Source: the human T2T-CHM13v2.0 reference genome, Homo sapiens. Taken from it: a stretch of DNA of 64,000 nt. Position 1 is the first letter of the stretch, and every line of letters begins with the position of its first letter. Made by a program: the position numbers and the translations under genes. Of the stretch, positions 1 through 17,465 are shown one piece after another. The DNA is taken from the NCBI RefSeq assembly GCF_009914755.1, contig NC_060930.1; one strand, written 5' to 3'. Under the pieces are notes generated by a model. The model made no database searches. It was not told where the DNA came from and was given only the letters and a program-made list of their open reading frames with translations.

Positions 1-529
1 TGGGGAACTTACATTGTTTTGGTAGGAACGCTATTTTCAAATCGTGATATCCTACAGGTAAATGCACTGGAAAGAAGATTGAGGATTGAAACTTCAAATC
101 TCAGCTTTCCATCTGCACAGTAAAGACAAAGATGCTTCCATTGTCCGGTTTTATGGAGAAATCTGAAAACGTACACACAGGGCTGGCTTCACGGGTGGCG
201 CCCAGCGTTAGCAAGTCCTTGCCTGGTGCGAGGCGCTGCTCTCCTGTCTTGAAATTCTTAATTTTTGAACAAGGACACCTGCATTTTTTATTTCCCACCA
301 GAGCGCACAAATTATGTAGCCACTCCTGTGTATATGAAACTCTTTGCTTGATGCCAGTTCCATAGCAGACACAAAATAATTAGAATGTTCTCCTCCCCAT
401 CATACCCTTCAACTTAAAATTATGAAATCCAAGCTAGTAGCTTTTCTTTTGCTTCTGAGCAGGACAACCTCTTGACTGATGGTCTCATCTAAGAACCCCT
501 ACTACCACCTCCACCAACGATAGTCATAT

Positions 530-775
530 CTATTTGTATAAAATGAAATTACAGTAATCAAAAAAAGTTAAATTGTATATATGCCTATATGGTTGTATGT
601 GCAAAAATTGCCAGTTATTACAAAAACTGATACTGATTATCTCTGAGGCAGAGAACTGATAACAGAAATTGGGCTCTGGAAAGGGACATATTTTTTACTT
701 CATTTGTCCTTCTTTTTGTCTTGTTTTGTTTTACCGTATGTGTGTTCTGCCCTTGAAAAAATAAAACAAAACCTA
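530..775 (+). mobile_element. Ancient L1ME/L1MC 3' end fragment
   Basis: Degenerate L1M 3'UTR-like sequence ending ..accgtatgtgtgttctgccc..aaataaaacaaa. Confidence 0.45.
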
Positions 776-2364
776 ATTTTGTTTGACTTAGATCCCAATA
801 ATCCTAACTACACAGATATATAAATATACATTCACTCTTAACTGTTCTTTGAAGAGGGAAATCTAAGTAAGGCATAGCTTCCTCAAAATCCAACCAATTG
901 TCCCCAGTTCTAGAAGCATGAGTTACTTATTGAGGTTGGTGGAGATTTCCTCCATCCACCTTATGTTCCATGGTCCACCCCAGAGGGAAAGAGAAGAAAG
1001 GGGTGTCAGTGTTCTTTTGGTAGAAATATCACCCCACAAAATTTCCTGCACCTCAGAAAGCTTGTACACCCATGGGAAACTTTCCTGCCACCTGAAAACA
1101 AAGAGAAGCAGAGCAGCCCATTAAAAATGTATGTTCTCACAACATTTTGCCCTGGGACAGCGGAAAACCATAGCATCTAATAGGCTTTGAAGTGAAAAGT
1201 GCAATTCCTGTGAAATGAGATTTTTCCAAAGTATCTGATGAAGCAGCTCCTTGCCCCCCAACCACGACTGAAGCACAGCATGAATGACCTTGGGCAATGA
1301 CAAACAATATCACACCCCCAGCAATCAGCCTGGATAATTACCATATTTAATAATTAAGCATGTGGTCTAAATTTGTGTTCAGCATTTCTGTTGAAATCTG
1401 GGGGGCATCCACGGGTGACTTGTGTATGAGGGTTAGGTTGACTAGCCCGCTCTCAAAATTCGAGTGAAATAAATCTTCCACTTCTTTTCATCCTAAGAGT
1501 TCCAGCCTCCCACAATAGAACCCAAGATAGCTACTAAGAACAGAAACAAGATTCCTCCAGTATTGTTTTATTCTATTGCTCTGGGGCAGCTAGGTATTTA
1601 AAACAAACAAGAAAACACATAAAAAAAGAGAGGGGCTACTCGCTCTGTTGTAGAAGAGTTACGCATTGTCTTTTTTTTTTTTTTTTTTTTTGAGTTATGT
1701 ATTTTCTGACTCTTCTGTCTGAAATGTAGGATATTCAAATATAAGATATTCAGTTCTTTTACTACTCAATCTCTTGTTGCTTCTCTGCTGTGGTCTGTGG
1801 GGGACCAGACACAATCTGTGTACCCTAGAAAACACCTGTAGGAGGGGAAAGAAGACCTTGTCCAAGGATACACCAATGACAGTCAGTGGGTATTGGAAAA
1901 TAAAGATACAAGTCAACCCTGGCTTCTCCCAGTCCTTCCCAGCTGTAGTCCCAGCACTTTTGCAATTCTGGTTTCCCAAAAAATCCCATCCAGGGCATAA
2001 ACTATATGTGTTGTTGTAGCTGGCACGTTCTGGAGTTAAGCTGAGCTCTCATAAATGTGATTGTTTGTGTGTCTGGGTGACACCTGGCAATGTGGAACTA
2101 TTTTATGCTTCACTTGGCTTAACATTTGCTTTTCCTCCCCAGCAGTGCCTAGAACATAGAGGGACAGAATAGCTATTTGTTAAAGCAATAAATTGAGAGG
2201 GAGATTGGTATCATTCCCTTGAGTGCTAAGAGGTCCAAGGTACTTTTAACTCTAAGCCCCAACTTTTTTATCCTGCCCTTTACTCCTGCTTGTTAGAATA
2301 GAGGTGTTAACTGCTTTCTTAGCTTCCTCATAAAGAGACACATTTTAATTGGTTTAGGCCAAGA

Positions 2365-2618
2365 GTCATAGCATTAACGGAGAAGCGCATGAACTCCAGA
2401 GGCCCAAATTTTCTGGAGTAGTATCCCTGAACACCACTTACTTGCTGTGTGACCTTGAACAAGATACTTAGCCTTTCTGTGCTTCAGTTCCCTCATCCGT
2501 AAAATGGACATAATACAAGTTCCAATATCATACAATTGCAGTAAGGATAAAGTAGTTAATATTTTAAAGTGCTTAGAATGATGCTAGTACATAACAAGTG
2601 CCATATAAATGTCTATGA
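2365..2618 (+). mobile_element. MIR SINE
   Basis: MIR core: ccacttacttgctgtgtgaccttgaacaagatacttagcctttctgtgcttcagttccctcatccgtaaaatgg. Confidence 0.85.
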
Positions 2619-2919
2619 AATAAATCAAATGTTATTTCTAAGGAAGGGTAATACTAACTCATAGATGGAAAATACAATTCAGCGCAAGAGTGAACTTATA
2701 TTCATTGGCAGGAGATATCTGAAACCGTGTGAGGAAGGAGTCCAAACCCACAATTGGGCTGCAGTGAAAAGTAGAACCCGGTGATTGATGAATGTCTGCC
2801 GTGGATTCTCACAGAGGAAATGGAAAGACATGTGCCCTGTTTCTGCTATTGCTGTTATGCATATGATTTTTGCAACCTAACATATTCCAAGAACCCAAGG
2901 AAATGGGTCACAAGACTAG

Positions 2920-3140
2920 AAAGCTTGAATAAATATTTTTGAGAACACTTATGTGGCAGATATTATTCTAAGTGTCAAAATAAAACGATTAATAAGGCAG
3001 CCACTGCTTTCAAGGTATTTACAGACCAGAAGGAGACATGGATTGGCAAATTCTCAGATAAATACTGTGTTCAGTGATGGAGTGTAAACATAGAACTTTG
3101 AGAGCACAAAGAGGTGGCAACTAACATACTCCAGTGTGGG
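2920..3140 (-). mobile_element. L2 3' end fragment
   Basis: aataaatatttttgagaacacttatgtggcaga.. typical of an antisense L2 tail. Confidence 0.55.
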
Positions 3141-3159
3141 ACAGAGACAAAAGAATCTT

Positions 3160-3555
3160 AGGGAGACCCCACTTTCTCATATGAAAGATCATGTACTACT
3201 CCAATTTCCCTCATGTTGTATACAACTATACAAATGTACAAAATATATGAAACAGTGTTTTTCAGGCATTAAACAACAATCAGCATGGAACTGTGATCCC
3301 CGAGAGAAGAAAAACAAACAAGGTGATTTTTGCAAGTATTCTAACCTAACATCTGCAAGCAGATCCAGGTCAAAGCACTAGGAGGAGCCTGGTTGTATTT
3401 TGGAGTGGAGGAGATAGACATTGGAGTCAAAAAAGGCCAAAGCAGCTAGAATTTTAGGTCCAAGTATGAGTAAAAAGGGAGCTTGACAGGGAGAAAGCTA
3501 AGGTCTGCAAAGGGCCACCTTGAGTCTGCGGCTGAATACTTCTGTGCTCACAAAT
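3160..3555 (+). mobile_element. Ancient L1M (L1MD/MC-like) 5'UTR fragment
   Basis: caaaatatatgaaacagtgtttttcaggcatt..ctgtgatccccgagaga..ctgcaaagggccaccttgagtctgcggctgaatact resembles recalled L1M 5' end consensus. Confidence 0.65.
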
Positions 3556-3689
3556 TGTAAAATACATTCAAGTATGTAAAAGAAAACATAAGCATGACAA
3601 GGAGAAAAAGAGAAGATACATACAAAGTATACAAATTTAAATTCTAGTGATAAAGTAAATTATCTGAACTCAAAATTACTTGGGACTGG

Positions 3690-4522
3690 TTAATATACAT
3701 CTTTAACTTATCAGAGTTTACCTTCAAATAATATCACACCATTTCATGTACAGTGTACGAATCTTGCAAGAGTATACTTCTAACCCCTCATCTTTGTGTA
3801 TTGTTACTATATACTGCTACATAGATAATAAACTCCACTATTCATTGCTATTTTTTTCTTTTAGGAATCAATTATCTTTTAAAAGATAAGAAAAGAAATG
3901 CCTTTTATATTTACACACGTATTTATTATTTGGGGTACTAATTATTCCTTTTTGTGGGTCCATATAACCATCTGGCATAATTTGCCTTATGCTTAGATAA
4001 GTGTTTGTTTTTCTTAGCATTTCTTTTAATGCTTGTATTCAGTGATGAATTATCTCAGATTTTGTCTTAAAGTCTGTATTTTGCCTTCATTTTCAAGAGG
4101 TATTTTCTCTGGATATAAAATTCTGTGTTGACATATTTGACTCCCATCACTTTAAAGATGTCTTTCCATTGTTTAATGGCCTGCATAGTTTCAAGTGAGA
4201 AATATGCTGCCATTCTTTTTTTTTTTTTGTTTCTCTGTACAAAATGTCTTTTCTCTCTGACTGCTTTTTAAAATGTCTCATCATATGTGTTCAGAAAATT
4301 TATTATGATATGCCCTTTTGTGCTTTTTCTTTTTAATATTTCTTCTTCTTAGGATCCATTGACCTTCCTGGATCTGTGGATTTTTGGTTTTCATCAATTA
4401 AAATAAATTTTCAGGCCTTTCCTTTCAAATATTTTTTCTTCACTCCCTACATCCCACACTTACAGTTTGGTCTTTTTGGTCTTTTTTTTCCTCTGTGTGT
4501 TTACTGTCAATAGTTTCTATTG
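3690..4522 (-). mobile_element. Ancient L1M ORF1/inter-ORF region, inverted; continues at 10569-10620 after the L1HS
   Basis: T-rich antisense L1M sequence, similar to 56300-57130 in this window; resumes after the L1HS TSD. Confidence 0.7.
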
Positions 4523-5429
4523 GAGAGGGAGGAGCCAAGATGGCCGAATAGGAACAGCTCCGGTCTACAGCTCCCAGCGTGAGCGACGCAGAAGACGGTG
4601 ATTTCTGCATTTCCATCTGAGGTACCGGGTTCATCTCACTAGGGAGTGCCAGACAGTGGGCGCAGGCCAGTGTGTGTGCGCACCGTGCGCAAGCCGAAGC
4701 AGGGCGAGGCATTGCCTCACCTGGGAAGCGCAAGGGGTCAGGGAGTTCCCTTTCCGAGTCAAAGAAAGGGGTGACGGACGCACCTGGAAAATCGGGTCAC
4801 TCCCACCCGAAGATTGCGCTTTTCAGACCGGCTTAAGAAACGGCGCACCACGAGACTATATCCCACACCTGGCTCAGAGGGTCCTACGCCCACGGAATCT
4901 CGCTGATTGCTAGCACAGCAGTCTGAGATCAAACTGCAAGGCGGCAACGAGGCTGGGGGAGGGGCGCCCGCCATTGCCCAGGCTTGCTTAGGTAAACAAA
5001 GCAGCCGGGAAGCTCGAACTGGGTGGAGCCCACCACAGCTCAAGGAGGCCTGCCTGCCTCTGTAGGCTCCACCTCTGGGGGCAGGGCACAGACAAACAAA
5101 AAGACAGCAGTAACCTCTGCAGACTTAAGTGTCCCTGTCTGACAGCTTTGAAGAGAGCAGTGGTTCTCCCAGCATGCAGCTGGAGATCTGAGAACGGGCA
5201 GACTGCCTCCTCAAGTGGGTCCCTGACCCCTGACCCCCGAGCAGCCTAACTGGGAGGCACCCCCCAGCAGGGGCACACTGACACCTCACACGGCAGGGTA
5301 TTCCAACAGACCTGCAGCTGAGGGTCCTGTCTGTTAGAAGGAAAACTAACAACCAGAAAGGACATCTACACCGAAAACCCATCTGTACATCACCATCATC
5401 AAAGACCAAAAGTAGATAAAACCACAAAG
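4523..5429 (+). promoter_or_regulatory. L1 5'UTR CpG-rich internal sense promoter (YY1 site CAAGATGGC) and antisense promoter
   Basis: Matches the L1HS 5'UTR; YY1 core intact at ~4536-4544; high CpG density relative to the window. Promoter function is from established L1 biology. Confidence 0.88.
4759..4974 (-). CDS. ORF0: L1 antisense ORF0, 71 aa, intact
   Basis: MAGAPPPASLPPCSLISDCCASNQRDSVGVGPSEPGVGYSLVVRRFLSRSEKRNLRVGVTRFSRCVRHPFL, starting at the ATG complementary to 4972-4974 (inside ORF-track 4759..5043). Confidence 0.88.
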   Translation of the reverse strand: MAGAPPPASLPPCSLISDCCASNQRDSVGVGPSEPGVGYSLVVRRFLSRSEKRNLRVGVTRFSRCVRHPFL

Positions 5430-6445
5430 ATGGGGAAAAAACAGAACAGAAAAACTGGAAACTCTAAAACGCAGAGCGCCTCTCCTCCTCCAAAGGAACG
5501 CAGTTCCTCACCAGCAACGGAACAAAGCTGGATGGAGAATGATTTTGACGAGCTGAGAGAAGAAGGCTTCAGACGATCAAATTACTCTGAGCTACGGGAG
5601 GACATTCAAACCAAAGGCAAAGAAGTTGAAAATTTGAAAAAAATTTAGAAGAATGTATAACTAGAATAACCAATACAGAGAAGTGCTTAAAGGAGCTGAT
5701 GGAGCTGAAAACCAAGGCTCGAGAACTACGTGAAGAATGCAGAAGCCTCAGGAGCCGATGCGATCAACTGGAAGAAAGGGTATCAGCAATGGAAGACGAA
5801 ATGAATGAAATGAAGCGAGAAGGGAAGTTTAGAGAAAAAAGAATAAAAAGAAATGAGCAAAGCCTCCAAGAAATATGGGACTATGTGAAAAGACCAAATC
5901 TACGTCTGATGGGTGTACCTGAAAGTGATGTGGAGAATGGAACCAAGTTGGAAAACACTCTGCAGGATATTATCCAGGAGAACTTCCCCAATCTAGCAAG
6001 GCAGGCCAACGTTCAGATTCAGGAAATACAGAGAACGCCACAAAGATACTCCTCGAGAAGAGCAACTCCAAGACACATAATTGTCAGATTCACCAAAGTT
6101 GAAATGAAGGAAAAAATGTTAAGGGCAGCCAGAGAGAAAGGTCGGGTTACCCTCAAAGGAAAGCCCATCAGACTAACAGCGGATCTCTCGGCAGAAACCC
6201 TACAAGCCAGAAGAGAGTGGGGGCCAATATTCAACATTCTTAAAGAAAAGAATTTTCAACCCAGAATTTCATATCCAGCCAAACTAAGCTTCATAAGTGA
6301 AGGAGAAATAAAATACTTTATAGACAAGCAAATGCTGAGAGATTTTGTCACCACCAGGCCTGCCCTAAAAGAGCTCCTGAAGGAAGCGCTAAACATGGAA
6401 AGGAACAACCGGTACCAGCTGCTGCAAAATCATGCCAAAATGTAA
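5430..6445 (+). pseudogene. ORF1: L1 ORF1p, frameshifted (72-aa N-terminal piece plus out-of-frame 248-aa C-terminal piece)
   Basis: MGKKQNRK... start. Consensus GAA AAC TTT GAA reads GAA AAT TTG AAA here (1-nt loss near 5632/5633), giving TAG at 5646-5648. The downstream frame 5699-6445 keeps the REKG, ARR and YPAKLS motifs. Confidence 0.93.
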
Positions 6446-6484
6446 AGACCATCGAGACTAGGAAGAAACTGCATCAACTAATGA

Positions 6485-10336
<3,852 letters not shown>

Positions 10337-10620
10337 ACAATGAGATCACTTGGACACAGGAAGGGGAATATCACACTCTGGGGACTGTGGTGGGGTGGGG
10401 GGAAGGGGGAGGGATAGCACTGGGAGATATACCTAATGCTAGATGACACGTTAGTGGGTGCAGCGCACCAGCATGGCACATGTATACATATGTAACTAAC
10501 CTGCACAATGTGCACATGTACCCTAAAACTTAGAGTATAATAATAAAAAAAAAAAATAGTTTCTATTGCTAGTACTTCAAAGTCCCTGATCTTTTTTTCC
10601 TTATGGTGTCTAATTTGTTC

Positions 10621-12862
10621 AGTAATTGATAGAACAATTAAACAAAAAATGAAAATATAAAGTACTTGAACCTTTTAATTTTTTTAATCTAATTTGTTTT
10701 TGTAGAACACTCCATCCAATAGCAGAAAACACATTATTTTTAAGTGCACATAAAAGATTCACCAAGCTAGACCACACTTGGGACCATAAACAAAACTCAG
10801 TATAAGTTTAAAAGATTAAAATCATACAAAGCATGTCACCTGACAATACTAAAGGTAAATTAAAAATCAATAAAAGAGATTCCTAAAAAGTTTCCAAATA
10901 TTGGAAAAAAATTTTAAACCCATTACAAAATTACAAAAATACTTAACTAAATTAAATTTAAAATATACATTATATCAAAACCTGTAGGAAGCAGCTAATA
11001 AAATGTCTAGAGGAAGATTTATTGCATTACATTCTTCTATTAGAAATTGAAAACTCTCTAAATCAATTATTTAAACTTATTCATAAAGAAATTTGAAAAA
11101 GAAGGGTAATTGAAAGCCAAAGTAAGCAGAAGAAATGAGAAGGCAAGGTAATGAAATAGAAAACAAAAAATATATAGAAAATTCATTCAACAACATAAAA
11201 AGCTGGAGGTTTTTTACAAAAGATCAATAAAACTGATAAACTTCCAATGAGAAAGTACAAAAACAGACAAAAATTATCATTGTAACAGAAAGAATATTGC
11301 TACAGTTTCTACATGATTTAAAAGCATAATCAGAGACTGTAATGAGCAATTTAATGCCAATGAACTTGACAACTTAAATGAAATGAGAAAATTCCTGAAA
11401 GACACAAACTGCCAAAGCTCACTCAGAGAGAAAGAGGCATATTAAATAGCTCTACATCTATTGAAAAAAATTGAATCAATGGTTAAAATCTTCCCACAAA
11501 GGAAACTCCAGTTCCAGAGGTCTTCATTGGTGAATCTACCAAACATTTAAAGAAGCAATGAAGCAATTCTGCAGAAATTCTTCTGGAAAATAGAAGAGGG
11601 AAGAACACTTTCCAACCCATTTTATAAAGCTAGTGCTGCCTTGATATTAGAACCAGAGAAAGATATTACAAGAGAACTCTAGGCTAATATTCCAAGAAAC
11701 ATAGCAGCAAAAATCCTTCAGAAATTTCTAAAAATTGGATTCAATAAATGAAAAAGCATTATGACTAATTTTGGCTTATCTGAGGAATCAAAGATTGAAT
11801 TGACATTTTAAAAAAATCAACTTTATTCACCATATTAGCAGACTAAAAAAGAAGAAATATATGTTCATTTTAATGAATGCAGCAAAAGAATTTAACAAAA
11901 TTCAATGTCTGTTTAAATCAAAAACTCTCAGTAAACTGGGAACAGAGGATAACTTCTTCAATCTAAAAAAGAGCATACACCTAATGCCACACTTTTAAAA
12001 GGTTGAAAGCTTTCCCCTTTCAAGGTAAGAATGCTTTCAGCACTTGTATTCACCATTGTGCTAGAGGACTTTGTCAGTGCAATAATGCAAGAAAAAGAAA
12101 AAAAAAGACATCAAACTGGAAAGAAAGAAGTAAAACTGCCTTTATTCAGAGATGATATGATTGTATTTGTACAAAATCCTAAAGAATATTTTAAAAAAGA
12201 ATCCACAAAGAAGCTAGGAGAACCAGTAAGTTCTAGGAGAATAAATAAGTTTAGCAAGGTCATAAGATAAAATATCAATATAAAAATTCAATCCTATTCT
12301 CACATCCTGGTAACTGAAATTGGAACTGAAAAATAAAATGGAAATTGTTGAAAAGCAAAATAAAGAAAAAACCACAACAGTGTCAAAAGCATAGAATACT
12401 TAGAGATAAACTTACCAAGCATGAGGAAAATCCTTTATTTTTGGATTACAAACCATAGTTGTGAGACATTTAAAAAGGTCTAAACAAATACAGAAATATA
12501 TCATGTTTAGGGATCGAAAGTCTCAATAATGCTAAGATGTGAATTCTGCCGAAATTGATCTGTACAATCAAATTGTTCACTACAATCTCAATCAAAATCC
12601 AAAACTTTAAAAATTTTAAAACTCCAAAATTTTAAAAATAAAAACAAAGTTGTAAGCCTTATGCTACCTTATTTAACAATTTATTTTAAGTGTGGTATTG
12701 GCATAATTTAGACATCTAAGTCTGTACTACAAAATAGAGAAGTCCAGTAATAAACCTACACATACATGGCTAGGTAATTTTGGCAAGGGTGATGATGTCA
12801 TTAAAAGGTGCAAAGGATCATTTTCTTTAACAAATGGTGCTGGAAGAACTGGATGTCTATGT
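10621..12862 (+). mobile_element. Ancient L1M ORF2 remnant (degenerate)
   Basis: Decayed EN-RT homology, e.g. ORF 12031 ..[38 protein letters not shown], matching [37 protein letters not shown]. Confidence 0.88.
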
Positions 12863-12995
12863 GCTAGCCAGCCTGCAAGATGTCCCCCAATAATCTTTGC
12901 TCATAGGTATTCAGATCTTCGTGTAGTGCCCTCCCATTGAATTGGAGCAGATTTATGTGACCAATAGAATACAGAACTGAGAGAAATGACTTCTA
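12862..12995 (+). mobile_element. MaLR MLT1-type LTR fragment
   Basis: agccagcctgcaagatgtcccccaataatc..tgtgaccaatagaatacag. Confidence 0.6.
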
Positions 12996-13009
12996 AGCAG
13001 GAGCGGCCC

Positions 13010-13540
13010 TCACAATATGGAAATCAGATCATTTTTCTCCCCTGTTGAAAGTATTTCAATAGCTTTCTGCCTCACCCAATATAATTTGAAGTCCTCACCT
13101 TGGCTTAATAATATCTTTGATGAATACTTCTCTGACTCCATCTTCCACCCCTCTCTCCCTTACTTTGTCAGAACGTGGCCTTCACTGTTGCTTGAATCTG
13201 CCTTGACCTTGAAATCAGCATTGTTTGCCCCCTGACTTGACTCTGATCTCAGATTACATAAATGTCCCATTAACAGGGAGTTCATCCTCACTACATGTCT
13301 AAAATAACCCAGCCCCCCATAACTCTGAACACTGTATTGCTTATCTCTGCAGCACATATCACCACGTGACACACAGCACATCTACATGTCTGCTCGTTTA
13401 TCCTGTTGCCTCCTCTTTCCACTCCACACACTGGAAAGTAAGATCCATCAAAGTGGCAACTTTGTTCTATTCATGTAATCCCTAAAGCCTGGAAAAACAC
13501 CTAGAATGGGTAGGTACTCATGAAATATGTTGAATGCGTA
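13010..13540 (+). mobile_element. L2 3' region
   Basis: Ends with gtaagatccatc..cctaaagcctggaaaaacacctagaatgggtaggtactcatgaaatatgttgaatg. Confidence 0.7.
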
Positions 13541-14028
13541 ACGTAAATAAGCCTCTGTATTTTATCAGACTGGGAAAACAGGAACATGAGAAGTTAAAAT
13601 GAGGCCAAAATTCAAAAGAGGAGAAATGCAAAGGAAAAGAAAATGGGGGCAAAAAACTGGGGTTTATCACAAGATCATGGCAGCTCCAGAGAGTGTTCAA
13701 AAGCTCACAGTCTGGGTCAGCTAATGAGAGGGCATTGAAGAAATATTCCAGGGTTAAGCCGAGAGAGAAAGTTTACAACGATCTAAGCAGCTCTGCTTGC
13801 AGGTACCTGGTCAGGTTGGGCAGACCCTCAAAACAGAAAACAAATAAAATAGTGCAGGAATAGTTTTGGTACTACCTGAAGAAACCGTAGTTACTCTGAA
13901 ACTGACTAATTTCTGGGTTACCATGAGGAGAAGGTGAGTTATATGAAAGAGAAAGTTAACTGAGGTAAAATGGGGACTTGGGGGGCAGATTATGTTCTGA
14001 TGATGGCAAATTTTTTTTTTTTAAAAAG

Positions 14029-14602
14029 TCAGTGTGGCGATTCCTCAGGGATCTAGAACTAGAAATGCCATTTGACCGAGCAATCCCATTACTGGGTATA
14101 TACCCAAAGGATTATAAATCTTGCTGCTATAAAGACACATGCACACGTATGTTTATTGTGGCACTATTCAAAATAGCAAAGATTTGGAACCAACCCAAAT
14201 GTCCAACAATGATAGACTGGATTAAGAAAATGTGGCACATATATACCATGGAATACTATGCAGCCATAAAAAATGATGAGTTCATGTCCTCTGTAGGGAC
14301 ATGGATGAAGCTGGAAACCATCATTCTCACCAAACTATCCCAAGGACAAAAAACCAAACACTGCATGTTCTCACTCATAGGTGGGAACTGAACAATGAGA
14401 ACACATGGACACAGGAAGGGGGACATCACACACCAGGGCCTGTTGTGGGGTCGGGGGAGGGGGGAGGGAGAGCATTTGGAGATATACCTAATGTTAAACG
14501 ACGAGTTACTGGGTGCAGCACACCAACATGGCACATGTATACATATGTAACAAACCTGCACGTTGTGCACATGTACCCTAAAACTTAAAGTATAATTAAA
14601 AA
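14029..14602 (+). mobile_element. 5'-truncated L1PA4-like element
   Basis: ORF2 C-terminus (..SLIGGN), 3'UTR with GTTAAACGACGAGTTA and TTAAAGTATAA, A tail; TSD AAAAAG at 14023-14028 and 14603-14608 at a TT/AAAA site. Confidence 0.9.
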
Positions 14603-14744
14603 AAAAAGACCTTAAAATTCACAGTTCAAGAAGCCATCCTCAGCTCTGCTTCCTCCATCACCTTTCTTCCTGAAGCCCTCCTGACTTATTTTCCCACCAA
14701 TGTAGGGCAGAGGCACCATGGAGGTACCTTGATTGAGGTGGAGA

Positions 14745-15130
14745 CTGTTGTTTCCCAATATCCATTTTCCCCCTCTTCCCTTTCATTGAGGACCCCTCTG
14801 GGTTTCACCTCGGCACCTGACCACCCAACTATAGACTACAATGCTTTGTCCCAGTTGATTCTAGGGATGGATTTGTGACTGATTTCACAACAGTGGGATT
14901 CCAGTGGAACTGACCTGTCCAAATCCTTTGTGATCTTCTTAGGCATACTCACCATGCACTGGCCCTTTCCTGCCGTCTGGAGCATAGAAACGCCACCTGG
15001 CCAGCCTGGATCCCTAGATGACTTTGTGGAGGAAAACCTTCATATCTACCCTGGTCTGTTTAACAAGAGAGAAATGAACCTTCTCTTTAGGTCCCTTTGC
15101 TACAATTATGTAGCTGGCATCCTAAATACT
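14745..15130 (+). mobile_element. MaLR MLT1 (J/I/K-like) LTR
   Basis: gttgtttcccaatatccatt..aagagagaaatgaaccttctc..tgtagctggcatcctaaatac. Confidence 0.55.
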
Positions 15131-15132
15131 GC

Positions 15133-15345
15133 ACTGGTGCAATGGCATAGAGGAAAAGGTATAGAATCTAGAGTCAGAAATTCTCTAGTTCACAGCCCAC
15201 ACCTGCTACTCACCAGGCAAGCATTTCCAAACCTTGTTTCTGCAAAATAAAAGAGTGATAATAAAACCTGCCTTGCAAGGGGTTACATGTTTACAACTTT
15301 AGAAACACCAATAGTGTCTCATCCTTGGTATTCACTCAGTAAAAT
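15133..15345 (+). mobile_element. MIR
   Basis: tggtgcaatggcatagagg..agagtcagaaattctctagttcacagcccacacctgctactcacc. Confidence 0.6.
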
Positions 15346-15351
15346 GCTTGA

Positions 15352-15816
<465 letters not shown>

Positions 15817-17264
15817 TGAGTTCTTAAGGAGTGGCACTCACCACTACGCATTCTATGCCAGATGAAGACATCCTCATAGGCTAGGATGGGAAGTCTTCAT
15901 GGCTTCCCTTGGCCCTCTCCAGTTTTCTTAATCTTACTTAAGTCAAGTCATTTTCCATCCCCAATCAATCACTTCACAGAAGCCCCAGTGACAATGCACT
16001 GCATCCTGCTCTCAGTCACGTGCTTTCCCTTTAGCTGAAAAAGCTAAAAACTGAAGACAAAGCAATACCTCCATGATCCTCCAAATAGGATTTCTATGGT
16101 TTTAAAACCCTCAATGAGGAAATGCCTGAAAATAACTTCTCAGCTGGAACAAGACCAGTGCTGCACAAGTCCTCCAAAAATCCCTGCGGACGGTTTCCCT
16201 CCTCCTCTTTCTAACTTTCCCTTTAAAAAAATCTGTACTTCAGATTTGCAACTTTCACATCAACTGTGGAAATCTCAGACAAACATGGGCCAAAAAAAAA
16301 AAGTCTTCCCAGATATGATGTACTGTAATGTTTACCATTTTAAAAGAGTCACTTCTTAGCCTGCTGCACAGTAAATAACCCATTTGTTTCACTCAAATCA
16401 CTTCACATAATAAAGGACTTGTGTAAATTCAGCAGGAGTTCTGTCATCCCTAGGTGATGAGTTGGCATTGGAGGATTTATCTCTACCATCCACCAGTATG
16501 AAAAGCTGGTGCTGCGCTTTTTAACACGACAAAAACAGTGAGAAAGTTGCAGTTCTGGCTTGTGAATTCATCAAGAGCTGACTTCATGAAATCTTAATGA
16601 ACAGATTCAAGCAAGGGCTGGGAATAACTCATTCAGGCAAACAAAAATGCATTAATGCAACATTAAGCTCAAGAAATATAAACCTACAGAGCCTAAAAAT
16701 TTAGTCAGTGCAGGTGAAATAAATAGTATCTTTTGTATATGCATATTTATGCATAGCAAGAGACAGACAGAGACAGAAAGAGAGCAAGCACACAAATAAC
16801 TATAACTCAGTATACAATGATGTAACATTGTCCAATGAAACTTTCAGTAATGATGGGTTAATAACCTCAGGTCAAAAGCCGCCCTTGGACTTGCTCCAAA
16901 AAATGCTGTCAGCAAGGGAGAATATGACCCAGCATTATACTGAGAATCCCTGAAAACGGAATTTACTCCAATATCTGAAGGCACAGATACATAACAGGTT
17001 GGAGGTGCCCAATTTGTGTTTTCTTCCTGGCTAAAGATTTGTGTTTTTCTTTGCTAATAAGCCTAACTCCCATTTGCCTTTCTTTGCCAGTGTCTCTGGG
17101 GAGTGCTCCGTTGACAGTGACGGTCTTCAGGAGCCCACCCTTTCAACTAGAACTCACAGCCAGGATAGATTGAAGTCTGAGGTTTCCAGCAAAAACAGGG
17201 GCAGGGATGATGGTGAAACCTTGCCAATAACAGTGAAATCATGGCGGGCTCTGAGGTTCAACAA

Positions 17265-17465
17265 ATATTTATGGAATTTTTTTTTCGTATGCCAGATGGT
17301 CATTTCCTTACCTCAACACTATGAAGTCTCACTACCCTTGTCTCTTTCTGGGATGAAGAAGCCAAAACTGAATTAGGGGAGGTGCTAGCGTGGTGCTCAG
17401 CTCGTGAGTTGGTAGCCAAGACGTCACCTTCCTCCTGCCTGACCACCTGCATTTTCACTTATTCA
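17265..17465 (-). mobile_element. MIR (degenerate)
   Basis: catttccttacctcaacactatgaag..gatgaagaagccaaaactgaattagggg. Confidence 0.5.

Noticed and set aside
186-205. CTCF-like motif (GGGTGGCGC); also GCAGGTGGCGC on the minus strand near 35166-35177
   Set aside because: Only the 3' half matches and the conserved 5' CC is missing; cannot be supported without ChIP data.
10380-10413. G-quadruplex-forming tract
   Set aside because: Standard feature of L1PA/L1HS 3'UTRs, not novel.
14011-14028. T12 run before the L1PA4 as a possible inverted tail
   Set aside because: Explained by a pre-existing T-run/AAAAAG endonuclease target; the TSD AAAAAG flanks the element normally.
13978-14391. 137-aa ORF as a gene
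   Set aside because: It is the ORF2 C-terminus of a truncated L1PA4 fused to flanking sequence, with a non-ATG start.
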